Shown piece by piece: positions 1 to 11,430 of a stretch of DNA of 47,548 nucleotides. The stretch comes from Bacteroidales bacterium (GTDB taxonomy: Bacteria > Bacteroidota > Bacteroidia > Bacteroidales > VadinHA17). Under the pieces are notes generated by a model, which saw only the letters and a program-made list of their open reading frames with translations, was not told where the DNA came from and searched no databases. The position numbers and the translations under genes were made by a program. The DNA lies in NCBI GenBank assembly GCA_031396165.1, contig JANNKF010000444.1, forward strand, positions 1 through 47,548. Direction: 5' to 3'. Every line of letters starts with the position of its first letter. Within the stretch, counting starts at the first letter, position 1.

Positions 1-1
1 C

Positions 2-265
2 GGAATATCACCTACAGGAGATGCACGATTACGCTTCTCATCGGGGTTTTATATTATAGCTATGTTTTTTGTAATTTTTGATCTTGATGTTGCCTTTATT
101 ATGCTCTGGGCGGTGTCATTCAGGGAACTTGGACTCGCAGGTTACATTGGAATCTCAATTTTCATAGGCTTACTTATTGTTCTTTTAATTTATGAGTTGA
201 GTATAGGTGCTCTCGATTTTGGACCAGACGGCAGGAAAATTCTAAAGTATAAAAACAAACAATAA
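2..265 (+). CDS. nuoA: NADH-quinone oxidoreductase subunit A (5'-truncated by window edge)
   Basis: Frame is open from base 2 ([29 protein letters not shown]), matching the NuoA loop/TM2 motif; stop overlaps nuoB start. Confidence 0.95.
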   Translation, partial: GISPTGDARLRFSSGFYIIAMFFVIFDLDVAFIMLWAVSFRELGLAGYIGISIFIGLLIVLLIYELSIGALDFGPDGRKILKYKNKQ

Positions 266-900
266 TGGCAGCTTCTGTAATTAAGGCAGGCGATATTACA
301 CCTGGACCTGACAATGATTCTTACGATGAGGCAGTAACCAGAACAGTATTGCTCGGAAAGCTTGATGATTTGATCTCATGGGGCAGAAAGAATTCCCTGT
401 GGCCCTTTGGCTTTGGTCTCTCATGTTGTTTTGTTGAGATGGCAACAGCATTGACAAGCCGGTACGACATAGCACGGTTTGGTGGCGAAGTAATAAGAGG
501 AACACCTCGTGAGGCCGATGTGATGGTTATTGCAGGTACAGTATTTATTAAGATGGCGCCTGTTATCCAGAGGCTGTATGAACAGATGATGGCTCCAAGA
601 TGGGTAATATCTATGGGATCCTGTGCAAACTCAGGAGGTATGTATGATATTTATAGTGTGGTACAGGGAGTCGACAAATTCCTTCCGGTAGATGTTTATG
701 TCTCGGGATGCCCGCCGCGACCTGATGCATTTCTTGAAGGCTTGCTTTTGCTAAGAGATTCAGTCGGGAAAGAAAAGAGACCTTATAGCTGGGTAATAGG
801 ACCCCAGGGAATAACTAAATCTGAAAAGATTTGCATGAGGGATCTTAAACAGGAAGAAAGATCTAAAATGGGAAATATAAGACCAATGAATGAGATCTGA
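265..900 (+). CDS. nuoB: NADH-quinone oxidoreductase subunit B
   Basis: [19 protein letters not shown] and GCPPRP N2-cluster motifs. Confidence 0.98.
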   Translation: MAASVIKAGDITPGPDNDSYDEAVTRTVLLGKLDDLISWGRKNSLWPFGFGLSCCFVEMATALTSRYDIARFGGEVIRGTPREADVMVIAGTVFIKMAPVIQRLYEQMMAPRWVISMGSCANSGGMYDIYSVVQGVDKFLPVDVYVSGCPPRPDAFLEGLLLLRDSVGKEKRPYSWVIGPQGITKSEKICMRDLKQEERSKMGNIRPMNEI

Positions 901-931
901 CATGTCAATCTGATAAAGTCTCCGGGGATAT

Positions 932-2686
932 ATGAAAAGTAACGGACATAATGTAATTTTTGATCTCAAAACACAATTCGGGGATCTATTTATTATTTAT
1001 GAGCAGTTAACAATCGATGCGATCCCTACAATCTGGATCGATAAAAGCAATATTATTCAGCTTCTTACTTACCTTAAAAAGCAGATTGCTCTTCCTTACA
1101 GAATGCTGTTTGACCTTACCTGTATTGATGAGAGGACCAGAACCCGCCGGAGTGAACAACCAACCTGCGATTTTACAGTACTATATCATCTTACATCTTT
1201 TACAAGGAATGAGGATATCAGAATAAAAATTCCCCTGCTAAATCCCGATTTAAGTATCCCAAGCGTTATATCAGTTTGGGAATCAGCTAACTGGTATGAA
1301 CGTGAGGTTTTTGATATGTTCGGTATTCACTTCTCCGGACATCCACGACTGACAAGAATTCTGATGCCAAAGAGCTGGCAGGGTCACCCGTTAAGAAAAG
1401 ATCATTATACCAGGGCAACTGAAGTTGATCCTTTCGTTCTTACTGATAAATTAAGAGATGAGGAGGAATCAAACCTCAAATTTGATCCGGCAGAATATGG
1501 ATTGGAAAGCAAAAGCGATGATAGTGATTTTATGTTCCTTAATCTGGGTCCGCAGCATCCGGGAACACATGGTCTTCTTCGTCTGATAGTTCAACTCAAT
1601 GGAGAAGATATTGTAGATATTATACCCGATATCGGATTCCACCATCGCGGTGCCGAAAAAATGGGTGAGCGGCAATCGTGGCATACTTTTATTCCATATA
1701 CCGATAGAATAGATTACCTGAGTGGTGTGATGAACAATCTTGCTTACCTGTTGTCGGTTGAGAAACTGGCGGGCATAGTAGTCCCCGACAGGGCAAATGT
1801 GATCCGTATAATGATGAGTGAGCTTTTCCGTGTTGCCAGTCATCTTGTCTGGCTTGGCACATTCGCACAGGATATGGGGCAGATGTCTCCCGTATTCTAT
1901 GCATTCAACGACAGGGAAAGAGTATTTGATATAGTTGCCACAATCACTGGTGGCAGGATGCATCCTTCCTGGTTCAGGATTGGAGGTGTTGCTCATGATC
2001 TTCCTGACGGATGGGAAAAACTCATGCAGGGGTTTCTGGATTATTTCCCTAAAAGGCTTAAGGAATATGATGATACTGTAATAAGAAACAGGATATTTAA
2101 AGCTCGTACTATCGGGATAGGTGTCTACACTACTGAAGAAGCAATTGAATGGGGAATTACCGGTTCGGGACTGCGGGCTACAGGTTTTGATTTCGATTAC
2201 AGGAAAAAGCGCCCATACTCAGGATTTGATAACTTTGATTTCGATGTACCACTGGGTAAAAACGGCGATTGTTATGACAGAGCGCTTGTACGTATGGGGG
2301 AGATGAGGCAGAGTCTGAGAATTATTCAGCAATGTGTAAATAACATGCCCTCAGGGCTTTATAAATCAGATCATACTCTGGCCATACCTCCTCTTAAAGA
2401 TAAGACAATGAAAGATATTGAGACTCTTATTACTCATTTTGTCGGGGTATCATGGGGCCCGGTTATACCTGCAGGAGAGGCAATGATTCCTGTGGAAGGA
2501 GCCAAAGGCTGTAATGGCTATTATCTGATAAGCGACGGCAATACTTCATCGTACCGCACAAGGATTAGGACTCCTTCGTTTCCTCATATGCAGATGCTGC
2601 CTTTTATAAGTAAGGGATACACCATTCCTGATCTGCTGGCAATACTTGGTGCCATGGATTTTGTTCTGGCTGACCTCGACAGGTAA
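932..2686 (+). CDS. nuoCD: NADH-quinone oxidoreductase fused subunit C/D
   Basis: [13 protein letters not shown] and GHPLRKD (NuoC) fused to [18 protein letters not shown] and C-terminal DLDR (NuoD). Confidence 0.98.
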   Translation: MKSNGHNVIFDLKTQFGDLFIIYEQLTIDAIPTIWIDKSNIIQLLTYLKKQIALPYRMLFDLTCIDERTRTRRSEQPTCDFTVLYHLTSFTRNEDIRIKIPLLNPDLSIPSVISVWESANWYEREVFDMFGIHFSGHPRLTRILMPKSWQGHPLRKDHYTRATEVDPFVLTDKLRDEEESNLKFDPAEYGLESKSDDSDFMFLNLGPQHPGTHGLLRLIVQLNGEDIVDIIPDIGFHHRGAEKMGERQSWHTFIPYTDRIDYLSGVMNNLAYLLSVEKLAGIVVPDRANVIRIMMSELFRVASHLVWLGTFAQDMGQMSPVFYAFNDRERVFDIVATITGGRMHPSWFRIGGVAHDLPDGWEKLMQGFLDYFPKRLKEYDDTVIRNRIFKARTIGIGVYTTEEAIEWGITGSGLRATGFDFDYRKKRPYSGFDNFDFDVPLGKNGDCYDRALVRMGEMRQSLRIIQQCVNNMPSGLYKSDHTLAIPPLKDKTMKDIETLITHFVGVSWGPVIPAGEAMIPVEGAKGCNGYYLISDGNTSSYRTRIRTPSFPHMQMLPFISKGYTIPDLLAILGAMDFVLADLDR

Positions 2687-2736
2687 ATCATCTATTTTAA
2701 AAATTGAAACATAGAGCAGCAAATAATTATTAACTG

Positions 2737-3201
2737 ATGCTAAGGGAAGAAGAGATACTGGAAATCCAAAATGAAATAAGGCAATATCCTTATCCTTCAG
2801 TGGCATGCATTGATGCTTTAAAAATTATTCAGCATCATCGTGGATGGGTATCAGATGAATCTGTCGGTGATATTGCACATTTATTGGGCATCTCGAGCGA
2901 TGAAGTTGATGGTGTTGCCACATTTTACAGCCGTATCTACCGTAAGCCTGTCGGGAAAAATGTTATACTGATCTGTGATAGTGTGAGTTGTATGATAATG
3001 GGTTATAAGTCACTCTATCAGTATATTTCAGAAAAACTGGGAATAAGATTCGGGGAAACCACATCAGACAACCGGTTCACACTTCTCCCTATTTCATGTC
3101 TTGGAGATTGTGACAATGCCCCTGCAATGATGATCAACAATGATCATTTTAACAGACTGACGACAGAAAAAATTGATGAACTATTTACCATTTATAAATA
3201 G
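2737..3201 (+). CDS. nuoE: NADH-quinone oxidoreductase subunit E
   Basis: VATFY, CDSVSC and CLGDCDNAP 2Fe-2S ligands. Confidence 0.97.
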   Translation: MLREEEILEIQNEIRQYPYPSVACIDALKIIQHHRGWVSDESVGDIAHLLGISSDEVDGVATFYSRIYRKPVGKNVILICDSVSCMIMGYKSLYQYISEKLGIRFGETTSDNRFTLLPISCLGDCDNAPAMMINNDHFNRLTTEKIDELFTIYK

Positions 3202-3206
3202 TTGAT

Positions 3207-4481
3207 ATGGAAAGGCCGCTTACCAAACATATCAAACCAGGTTCTCCCCCCCTCGATCTGAAAGATTACAGGAAAGTCGGAGGTTATGAGAATGTTCATA
3301 AAGCACTTAAGACCATGTCTCCCGCAGAGATAACCAGTCTGGTGAAAGCCTCGAATTTATTGGGAAGGGGAGGAGCAGGTTTTCCGACAGGGATAAAGTG
3401 GAGCCTTGTTCCATTAGACAGGACTGAGAACATGAGTGCCTACCTTGTCTGTAATGCTGACGAAATGGAACCGGGTACTTTTAAAGACCGCTATCTGCTT
3501 GAAGGGAATCCTCATCAGCTGATTGAAGGAATGATTATCTCTGCTTATGCTATTCAGGCAACAAAGGCCTATATTTTTCTCAGATGGGCATATAAAAAAG
3601 CTGAAGCAGCCCTGCACTTAGCTATAAATGAAGCATATAGTGCGGGTTATCTTGGGAAAAATATCCTGGGCTCGGGCTTTAACCTTGATTTATACGTTCA
3701 TTCCAGTGCCGGAAGATACATTTGTGGTGAAGAGACAGCTTTGCTCAATTCGCTGGAAGGGAAGAGGGCCATCCCACGGACAAAACCTCCATACCCGGCA
3801 ATCAGCGGGCTGTTTGGAAAACCGACTGTCGTTAACAATGTCGAAACACTTGCATGGTTGCCACACCTGGTGGAGAATGGTCCCCAGTGGTTCAAAGGAT
3901 TAAGTCTGACAGGAACCGGCGGAACAAAACTATATGGTGTTAGTGGCAAAGTAAAGAACCCCGGGACATGGGAACTCCCGCTTGGAACCACAATGCGTGA
4001 GCTGATTGAGGTACATGCAGGCGGAATGTCAGAAGGGCACAGTTTCAGAGGCGCATTGCCGGGGGGCGCATCCACCGACTTTCTCGTAGAGGAACACCTC
4101 GATGTAAAAATGGATTTTTCAACAGTTGCAGCTGTCGGGAGCCGGCTTGGAACCGGAACAATGATAATACTTGATGATAAGACATGCCCCGTTGCTTTCA
4201 TTCACAATATAGAGAAATTCTTTGCGATCGAAAGCTGTGGCTGGTGTACGCCATGCAGGGAGGGGCTTCCATGGGTTGAGAAGATGCTTGAATCAATTGA
4301 AAATGGTTCCGGGAAGCCGGAATATCTTGACTTACTGAAGTCTCAGATTAAATTTATGAGTCCGGGCAATACTTTTTGTGCTCATGCCCCGGGAGCAATG
4401 GAACCTTTGCAAAGCGGACTGAAATATTTTTATGATGATTTTGTGAGTCACATTAATAATAAAAAATGCCCCTGGAGGTAA
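3207..4481 (+). CDS. nuoF: NADH-quinone oxidoreductase subunit F
   Basis: GRGGAGFPTG, NADEMEPG, YICGEETAL, ESCGWCTPCREG. Confidence 0.98.
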   Translation: MERPLTKHIKPGSPPLDLKDYRKVGGYENVHKALKTMSPAEITSLVKASNLLGRGGAGFPTGIKWSLVPLDRTENMSAYLVCNADEMEPGTFKDRYLLEGNPHQLIEGMIISAYAIQATKAYIFLRWAYKKAEAALHLAINEAYSAGYLGKNILGSGFNLDLYVHSSAGRYICGEETALLNSLEGKRAIPRTKPPYPAISGLFGKPTVVNNVETLAWLPHLVENGPQWFKGLSLTGTGGTKLYGVSGKVKNPGTWELPLGTTMRELIEVHAGGMSEGHSFRGALPGGASTDFLVEEHLDVKMDFSTVAAVGSRLGTGTMIILDDKTCPVAFIHNIEKFFAIESCGWCTPCREGLPWVEKMLESIENGSGKPEYLDLLKSQIKFMSPGNTFCAHAPGAMEPLQSGLKYFYDDFVSHINNKKCPWR

Positions 4482-4483
4482 CT

Positions 4484-7195
4484 ATGGTAACGATAAGGGT
4501 AGATGGAAAATTTTATTATGTGAATCAGGAGAAGAATCTTCTTGAGGCCTGTCTTGCCGCTGGATTGGATATTCCTCATTTTTGCTATCATCCGGCTCTC
4601 GGTTCAGTTGGGGCATGCAGGCTTTGTGCTGTGAAAAAATTCAAGGATCAGAACGACACAAAAGGACGCATTGTTATGTCTTGCATGGAACCTGTTACCG
4701 AAGGATTGATTATCTCTATCGAAGATGAAGAGGCAAAAGCATTCCGGGCTGCAGTTATTGAAGGACTAATGACCAATCATCCACATGATTGCCCGGTTTG
4801 TGACGAGGGTGGGGAATGCCATTTACAGGATATGACAATAATGACGGGACATACTTACCGCCGGTTTGATTTTCCAAAGCGGACATATAATAATCAGGAT
4901 CTGGGACCATTCATAAACCATGAGATGAACCGGTGCATTCAGTGCTACAGGTGTGTCAGATTTTACAGAGATTATGCAGGTGGCAGGGATTTAAACGTTT
5001 TCGGATCAAGAAACCATGTTTATTTCGGTCGGTTTGAGGAAGGGACTCTTGAAAATGAATTCAGCGGGAACCTTGTTGAAGTGTGTCCTACCGGAGTATT
5101 TACCGACAAGACACTGAAGAAACACTTCACAAGGAAATGGGATCTTACAAATGCCCCTTCAATATGTGTGCATTGCAGTATCGGATGCAATACTATTGCC
5201 GGTGAGCGTTATGGGTCGCTCAGACGTATTGTGAGCAGGTATAACGGTGCTGTTAACGGATATTTCATTTGCGACAAGGGAAGATTCGGTTATGAATTCG
5301 TAAATGATGAAAAACGGATAAAAAAAGCTGAAATCAGTTCTGAGAACAACGAATATAAGAAAGTTGTTGATAATGAGAAGCTTAGTGCTATTCTTAAACA
5401 ATCCTTGTCCGGAAACAAAAAAATCCTCGGTATTGGCTCATCCAGGACATCTCTTGAATCAAATTACGCATTATCCGCATTGGTTGGAAAAGACAACTTC
5501 TACCACGGAATATCAAAAAAGGAACAATTACTGACACGATCAGTGATAGATTTTATCAAAAATAATGGTGCGCACACTCCATCTTTAAAAGAGATTGAAA
5601 AAGCAGATGCCGTATTTATTCTTGGTGAAGACATCACAAATACAGCTCCAATGATGGCCCTCGCGTTAAGGCAGGCTGTAAAGAATGTGCCTGATGAGGA
5701 AGCAAAAAAGAAAAGTATTCCCTTATGGAACGATTCACCGGTAAGAGAACTTGCTCAGAATTTGAAAAGTCCGGTTTTTATAGCCACCCCAGGTAAAGAC
5801 GGTCTTGATGATATTGCAGAATATAGGTTAAGGGCCTCATACGGAGATATTTCCAGTCTTGGATTTGCTGTAGCTTCAATGCTGGATGACAAAGCACCTG
5901 ATCCAAAAATAGAAAATAAAGAGTTAGCAGCAATGGCAGTAAAAATTGCACATACTCTGAAAAATGCAAAAAATCCATTAATAGTCTCAGGTATCAATTG
6001 TAATAATGAAGGTGTTCTTCATGCTGCTTTTAATATTTCACTTGCACTGATATCAGCAGGTTCAAAGGCAATGATAAGCTTTGTCTTTCCTGAGTGTAAC
6101 AGTTTTGGACTGGGTCAGATGCCGGGTAAATCGCTTGATGACGTGGTACTGGCTTCTGAGGCGGAAGATATTGATACACTGATTATACTCGAGGTTGATT
6201 TATATAGAAAATCCAAAGAGAGCTCAATAAAAAGACTTTTTGAAAGAACAGGAAAGACAGTTGTTCTCGACCATCTTATTAATAAAACATCATCGCAGGC
6301 TGACATATTATTACCGTCTGCAACATTCGCAGAATCAACAGGAACTATTGTTAACAATGAAGGGCGCGCACAACGGTATTATAGAGCTTTTCCTGAGAAT
6401 GGACAGGTTAAGGATAGTTGGCAATGGCTCACTGACTTAAACATAATCAGGAATGACAAATCACCTGTTGGAAATGCCCGCTTTGAGGAGGTTTTCTCAT
6501 CAATGATACAGGATTTGCCAGTCTTTTCAAAGCTTAAGTATTATACTCCCGATTCATCATTCAGGATGCTGAACACTAAAATGCCACGTCAGACAATTCG
6601 CTTCAGTGGAAGGACCGCAATCAATGCCAATGTTGCTGTAAGTGAAAAGGGTGTGGTCCACGATCCTGATTCTCCAATGGAATTCAGTATGGAGGGTCAG
6701 AATGAAAATCCGCCTTCCTCCCTTGTCCCGTTTTACTGGACACCAGGATGGAATTCCGTTCAGGCATTGAATAACTATCTGGATGAACCAAATGGTTCAC
6801 TAAAAGGTGGCGACTCAGGAATAAAGCTTTATGAATCTTCAGGTTCGGAAAGAATTTCATATTTTACTTTTAAAGAGGAAACTTCAGAAAGAAAAGAAGG
6901 AGATTTAATGATTGTTCCTGTTTACCGGATTTTTGGGAGTGAAGAGCTGAGTTCGGTAGGTCAGGCTATTTTACAACGAATTGAAGGGCCGTGTATATAT
7001 ATGAACCGGAAAGACGCGGATAAAAAAGAAATAAAGGAGAATGATCAGATAGCGCTTGAGTTTCCGGATTCCGGGTTTAAAACAGTAGTTAAAATTGAAG
7101 AGAGTTTTCCAGAAGGCATTGCCGGTCTTTCAGTGAATTTACCAGGTATGCCGTTTTTTGATCTTCCAGCATATGGCTTAATAATTAAAATATAA
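4484..7195 (+). CDS. nuoG: NADH-quinone oxidoreductase subunit G, long form (start more likely 4484 than 4466)
   Basis: [10 protein letters not shown]-terminus, [27 protein letters not shown], plus N7 motif CVHCSIGC...C; ATG lies 2 nt after the nuoF stop. Confidence 0.97.
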   Translation: MVTIRVDGKFYYVNQEKNLLEACLAAGLDIPHFCYHPALGSVGACRLCAVKKFKDQNDTKGRIVMSCMEPVTEGLIISIEDEEAKAFRAAVIEGLMTNHPHDCPVCDEGGECHLQDMTIMTGHTYRRFDFPKRTYNNQDLGPFINHEMNRCIQCYRCVRFYRDYAGGRDLNVFGSRNHVYFGRFEEGTLENEFSGNLVEVCPTGVFTDKTLKKHFTRKWDLTNAPSICVHCSIGCNTIAGERYGSLRRIVSRYNGAVNGYFICDKGRFGYEFVNDEKRIKKAEISSENNEYKKVVDNEKLSAILKQSLSGNKKILGIGSSRTSLESNYALSALVGKDNFYHGISKKEQLLTRSVIDFIKNNGAHTPSLKEIEKADAVFILGEDITNTAPMMALALRQAVKNVPDEEAKKKSIPLWNDSPVRELAQNLKSPVFIATPGKDGLDDIAEYRLRASYGDISSLGFAVASMLDDKAPDPKIENKELAAMAVKIAHTLKNAKNPLIVSGINCNNEGVLHAAFNISLALISAGSKAMISFVFPECNSFGLGQMPGKSLDDVVLASEAEDIDTLIILEVDLYRKSKESSIKRLFERTGKTVVLDHLINKTSSQADILLPSATFAESTGTIVNNEGRAQRYYRAFPENGQVKDSWQWLTDLNIIRNDKSPVGNARFEEVFSSMIQDLPVFSKLKYYTPDSSFRMLNTKMPRQTIRFSGRTAINANVAVSEKGVVHDPDSPMEFSMEGQNENPPSSLVPFYWTPGWNSVQALNNYLDEPNGSLKGGDSGIKLYESSGSERISYFTFKEETSERKEGDLMIVPVYRIFGSEELSSVGQAILQRIEGPCIYMNRKDADKKEIKENDQIALEFPDSGFKTVVKIEESFPEGIAGLSVNLPGMPFFDLPAYGLIIKI

Positions 7196-7205
7196 CTGTC
7201 TGTTT

Positions 7206-8150
7206 ATGAGATATCTGTTTATCATAGCAGTAGTACTCTTAATAGCTTTGACAATAGCTGCAGGCCTGATTTGGGTGGAACGCCGGCTTCTTTCATTATG
7301 GCAGGACAGGCTCGGGCCGAACCGTGTGGGCCCTTTTGGTCTCGGACAGGTAATTGCTGATACTGTTAAACTGTTTTTCAAGGAGGATTGGGTACCCCCA
7401 TTTTCTGACCGACCGGTTTTTGTAATGGCGCCCGGGATACTTATGATTACAATTCTGCTCACTTTTGCCGTTATTCCATTCGGTCCCGATTTCTACGTTT
7501 TTGATTCGAATATAGGTATCCTTTTTTTCCTTGGTAACTCATCACTCGGTGTTTACAGTATTGTTCTGGGGGGATGGGCGTCAAATAATAAATATGCTTT
7601 GATTGGAGCAATGCGGGCATCAGCCCAGATGCTTACATATGAAGTGTTTATGGGACTTTCACTCATGGGAGTTGTTATGATGGCTGACAGTTTCAGTTTT
7701 TGTCAGATAGTTGAAGCCCAGAGGGGTATGTGGTTTTTCATACCTCAGTTTGTAGGGTTTGTAGTCTTTTTTATTGCCGGCATTGCAGAGACCCACAGGT
7801 TGCCTTTTGATATTCCTGAAGCCGAGGGCGAGCTCATCGCCGGTTACCATTCAGAATATTCCGGAATGAAATTCGGGATGTTTTTTGTGGGTGAATATCT
7901 GGGTGTTACTCTGATATCGGCAATCATCGCCACCCTGTTCTTCGGGGGTTGGCTGGGACCATCATTTCTTCCACCAATTTTCTGGTTCCTGCTTAAGACG
8001 TTCTTCTTCATTTTTGTTTTCGTACTGCTCCGTGCTTCATTGCCGCGTCCCAGATATGATCAACTTATGGAACTAGGATGGAAGATACTGTTTCCTCTTG
8101 CGTTGCTGAACCTGCTTATTACCGGTGCAATACTAATATTTTTGAAATGA
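7206..8150 (+). CDS. nuoH: NADH-quinone oxidoreductase subunit H
   Basis: ERR...[31 protein letters not shown]. Confidence 0.98.
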   Translation: MRYLFIIAVVLLIALTIAAGLIWVERRLLSLWQDRLGPNRVGPFGLGQVIADTVKLFFKEDWVPPFSDRPVFVMAPGILMITILLTFAVIPFGPDFYVFDSNIGILFFLGNSSLGVYSIVLGGWASNNKYALIGAMRASAQMLTYEVFMGLSLMGVVMMADSFSFCQIVEAQRGMWFFIPQFVGFVVFFIAGIAETHRLPFDIPEAEGELIAGYHSEYSGMKFGMFFVGEYLGVTLISAIIATLFFGGWLGPSFLPPIFWFLLKTFFFIFVFVLLRASLPRPRYDQLMELGWKILFPLALLNLLITGAILIFLK

Positions 8151-8178
8151 TAATAATTCAATCTATATAATTCATCCT

Positions 8179-8694
8179 ATGTTCAGCATCCTTCGCAGCA
8201 TATGGCTCACTTTTCTTCATATTTTCCATAAATCGGAAACTGTGGAATACCCCGAGGTAAAGCCATACCTGGCTCCAAGATACAGGGGAAGAATTGTGTT
8301 AACCCGCGATTCGGAAAAGAATGAGCGATGTGTTGCATGTTATCTCTGTGCAGCAGCCTGTCCTGTTGATTGTATAGCGCTTCAGGCTACTGAGGATGAG
8401 CAGGGAAGAAGATATCCGGAGTTCTTCAGAATAAATTTTTCAAGATGCATATTCTGCGGCTTTTGTGAGGAAGCATGTCCGACATATGCAATTCAGCTGA
8501 TACCCGATTTCGAAATGGCGGAATATGACAGGCAGAATATGGTTTACGAAAAGGAACATTTGCTGATCAGCGGCGAAGGAAAATATCACGGATATAATTT
8601 TTACCGGAATGCAGGTGTTGAAATCGGAGTTAAACGAAAAGGAGAAGGTGAAAATGAAGAAATTCCAGTGGATGTAAAGGATTTAATGCCATGA
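8179..8694 (+). CDS. nuoI: NADH-quinone oxidoreductase subunit I
   Basis: Two CxxCxxCxxxCP ferredoxin motifs; operon position. Confidence 0.98.
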   Translation: MFSILRSIWLTFLHIFHKSETVEYPEVKPYLAPRYRGRIVLTRDSEKNERCVACYLCAAACPVDCIALQATEDEQGRRYPEFFRINFSRCIFCGFCEEACPTYAIQLIPDFEMAEYDRQNMVYEKEHLLISGEGKYHGYNFYRNAGVEIGVKRKGEGENEEIPVDVKDLMP

Positions 8695-8709
8695 TTTAAA
8701 TATAGAAAT

Positions 8710-9228
8710 ATGAACCTGTTTTTTTATATAGCAGCCTTTGTTGCAATAATTTCAACGATAATGGCTATTTCGGGAAAGAATGCAATACACTCGCTTCTTT
8801 ATCTTATTTTATCATTATTGGCTGTTTCTGTCGTTTTTTATTTGCTGGATGCGATGTTTATCGCTGCCCTCGAAGTGATTATTTATGCAGGAGCAATTAT
8901 GGTACTTTTCATTTTTGTTACGATGATGTTGAATATAGGGAAGGAAAAAGAAATGGAAAAGAAATGGCTGAAGCCACGAATGTGGATTCTTCCCTCAATA
9001 CTGGCTGCCATACTACTTGTAAATCTTATTCTTGCCGTAAAGAGTGTAAAATTAATTCCGGTGAATGAGGCAGCAATTCTGCCAAAGCAGGTTGGTATCT
9101 CATTGTTTTCCACATATCTGCTTGCCGTTGAAATTGCAGCAATATTGTTGATGGCAGGGGTGATTGGTGCTTATCACCTTGGAAGCCAGAAGAAAAAAGT
9201 TAAACATCGTTTTCTTGAAAAAGCCTGA
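8710..9228 (+). CDS. nuoJ: NADH-quinone oxidoreductase subunit J
   Basis: YAGAIMVLFIFV motif; hydrophobic. Confidence 0.97.
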   Translation: MNLFFYIAAFVAIISTIMAISGKNAIHSLLYLILSLLAVSVVFYLLDAMFIAALEVIIYAGAIMVLFIFVTMMLNIGKEKEMEKKWLKPRMWILPSILAAILLVNLILAVKSVKLIPVNEAAILPKQVGISLFSTYLLAVEIAAILLMAGVIGAYHLGSQKKKVKHRFLEKA

Positions 9229-9231
9229 AAT

Positions 9232-9546
9232 ATGCTGACTGTACCCATAGAGACCCAATTGATATTTGCAGGGATTTTGTTCTTCCTTGGACTCATCGGT
9301 GTCCTGGTTCGCAGGAACCTGATCTATGTATTAATGTCAATCGAGATTATGTTTAACAGTGCCGGTATGGTTTTTATTATTGCCAGCACACACTGGAAAC
9401 AACCCGACGGCCAGGTGATGTTCATCTTTATACTTGCCGTAACAGCAGTAGAGGTTGCAATTGGTTTAGCTTTGATACTACAGGTTTATCATCACTATAA
9501 AACACTTGATACTGATGCAATTAATATACTGAAGGATGATAATTAA
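9232..9546 (+). CDS. nuoK: NADH-quinone oxidoreductase subunit K
   Basis: RRNLI...SIEIM and AVEVAIGLAL motifs. Confidence 0.97.
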   Translation: MLTVPIETQLIFAGILFFLGLIGVLVRRNLIYVLMSIEIMFNSAGMVFIIASTHWKQPDGQVMFIFILAVTAVEVAIGLALILQVYHHYKTLDTDAINILKDDN

Positions 9547-9552
9547 TTTCTA

Positions 9553-11430
9553 ATGGAATTATTAATAGCGCTCATACCGGCAATCCCTTTACTCAGCTTT
9601 CTGATCCTGGCTCTTTTCGGGAAAAAGATGCCACGGGTAACTGCTGGCATCATCGGAGCCGTATCGATTGGACTTGTTGCCTGTATCACAATTTTTATTG
9701 CATCGGCATTCCTTAAAACACTACCGGAAGTTAATTCATACAAGGTCGTCGTCTGGGAATGGCTGAATGTTGGAAACCTGAAAGCTGATATCTCGTTCTC
9801 ATTGGATTCTCTTTCCCTGGTATTCTGTTTTGTTATAACATTTGTCGGTTTTCTGATTCATATTTACTCAATTGGCTTCATGGCAAAGGATGAAGGGTTC
9901 TCAAGATTTTTCGCCTATATGAATCTTTTTGTCGGATCAATGCTTATACTGGTATTGGCCGATAATATACTTCTAATGTATCTTGGATGGGAGGGAGTCG
10001 GATTATGCAGTTACCTGTTAATCGGGTTCTGGTATAAAGAACCTCAAAACGGCTATGCTGCAAGAAAGGCTTTTATTATTACGCGTATCGGTGATACTGC
10101 AATGATCATAGGCATCTTCATATTATTTATAAGTTTCGGAACTTTAAATACAGATGAACTCATGAAGCAGGCGTCGGCCAACTGGGTCCCGGGTTCTTCA
10201 ATTGCTGTACTTACTGCGGCTTTATTACTTGGAGGAGCGTTAGGCAAATCCGCCCAGGTTCCTCTTCAGACCTGGCTTCCTGATGCAATGGCAGGCCCTT
10301 CTCCGGTTAGCGCTCTGATCCATGCAGCAACCATGGTAACCGCCGGTGTATACCTTATTGCCCGTACCAATGTATTATTCAGTCTCGCCCCCATTGTACA
10401 ATCTGTTATTGCAGTAATAGGTGCTCTGACATTATTAATTGCCGGATTCAGTGCACTTGCCCAGCATGATCTGAAGAGAATTCTTGCATATTCAACAATC
10501 AGTCAGATAGGTTACATGTTTCTGGCTCTTGGAGTGGGAGCCTGGTCGGCAGCAGTATTTCATTTCATGATTCATGCATTCTTCAAAGCACTGCTTTTTC
10601 TCGGTGCAGGAATAGTTATCCTGGTTTTAAATGAGGAGCATGATATTTACAAAATGGGGGGATTAAGGAAAAAGCTTCCAGTAGTTTTTATGACTTTTCT
10701 TATTGGTTCAGCATCGCTTTCAGCACTTCCGCTGGTTACTGCCGGGTTCTACAGCAAGGATCAGATTTTATGGTATGCTTATTCATCACAGTATGGGAAT
10801 ATCTTCCTGTGGTTTGCCGGGATAGTTGGCGCTTTTCTGACAACTCTCTATTCATTCCGCATGATTTTCATTACTTTCTATGGAGAAGCTAAAACCCAGC
10901 CTGCTTTCAGGCCGGGTAAACTGATGACTGTTCCGTTAGTTGTTCTGGCAGCTCTTTCAGTTTTCGGGGGCTTTGTGGAGTTGCCTGCAACCCTGGGGAA
11001 CATTCATTTATTTTCAAATCTTATTGAAAATTCAGTACCTGTTATACATGCAAAACATAATGAGAATCAGGAATTATTTTTTCAGATCCTTTCGTCAGCA
11101 ATAGCATTAACAGGGATCTGGCTTGCCTGGCTCATCTACTTAAAAAAGCCGGTATTATCGGCATCATTCAGTCATAGCAGACTCAATAAGTATTTCGAAA
11201 AAGGATGGGGCTTTGACAAATTGTACGATACACTCTTTGTCAGGCCAATTGTCTGGTTGTCAGTTGTTGACAAGGAGGACTTCTTTGATTTCCTGAACAA
11301 AGGATTATCAGGAGCCGCTCTTTTTCTGAACCGCCTGCTCAGTTATTCCCAGAACGGGAAACTGAGATGGTATTTAATGTCATTAGCCATTGGAATTGTA
11401 GTTATATTAACTTTTATGTTTATTAAATGA
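9553..11430 (+). CDS. nuoL: NADH-quinone oxidoreductase subunit L
   Basis: GWEGVGLCSYLLIGF, GKSAQVPLQTWLPDAMAGP, HAFFKALLFL. Confidence 0.98.
   Translation: MELLIALIPAIPLLSFLILALFGKKMPRVTAGIIGAVSIGLVACITIFIASAFLKTLPEVNSYKVVVWEWLNVGNLKADISFSLDSLSLVFCFVITFVGFLIHIYSIGFMAKDEGFSRFFAYMNLFVGSMLILVLADNILLMYLGWEGVGLCSYLLIGFWYKEPQNGYAARKAFIITRIGDTAMIIGIFILFISFGTLNTDELMKQASANWVPGSSIAVLTAALLLGGALGKSAQVPLQTWLPDAMAGPSPVSALIHAATMVTAGVYLIARTNVLFSLAPIVQSVIAVIGALTLLIAGFSALAQHDLKRILAYSTISQIGYMFLALGVGAWSAAVFHFMIHAFFKALLFLGAGIVILVLNEEHDIYKMGGLRKKLPVVFMTFLIGSASLSALPLVTAGFYSKDQILWYAYSSQYGNIFLWFAGIVGAFLTTLYSFRMIFITFYGEAKTQPAFRPGKLMTVPLVVLAALSVFGGFVELPATLGNIHLFSNLIENSVPVIHAKHNENQELFFQILSSAIALTGIWLAWLIYLKKPVLSASFSHSRLNKYFEKGWGFDKLYDTLFVRPIVWLSVVDKEDFFDFLNKGLSGAALFLNRLLSYSQNGKLRWYLMSLAIGIVVILTFMFIK

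Noticed and set aside
4474-4479. GGAGGT Shine-Dalgarno-like motif before nuoG as a possible relic of a proteobacterial donor
   Set aside because: It is formed by the last nuoF codons (TGG AGG TAA), spacing to ATG is only 4 nt, and other nuo genes have AT-rich leaders
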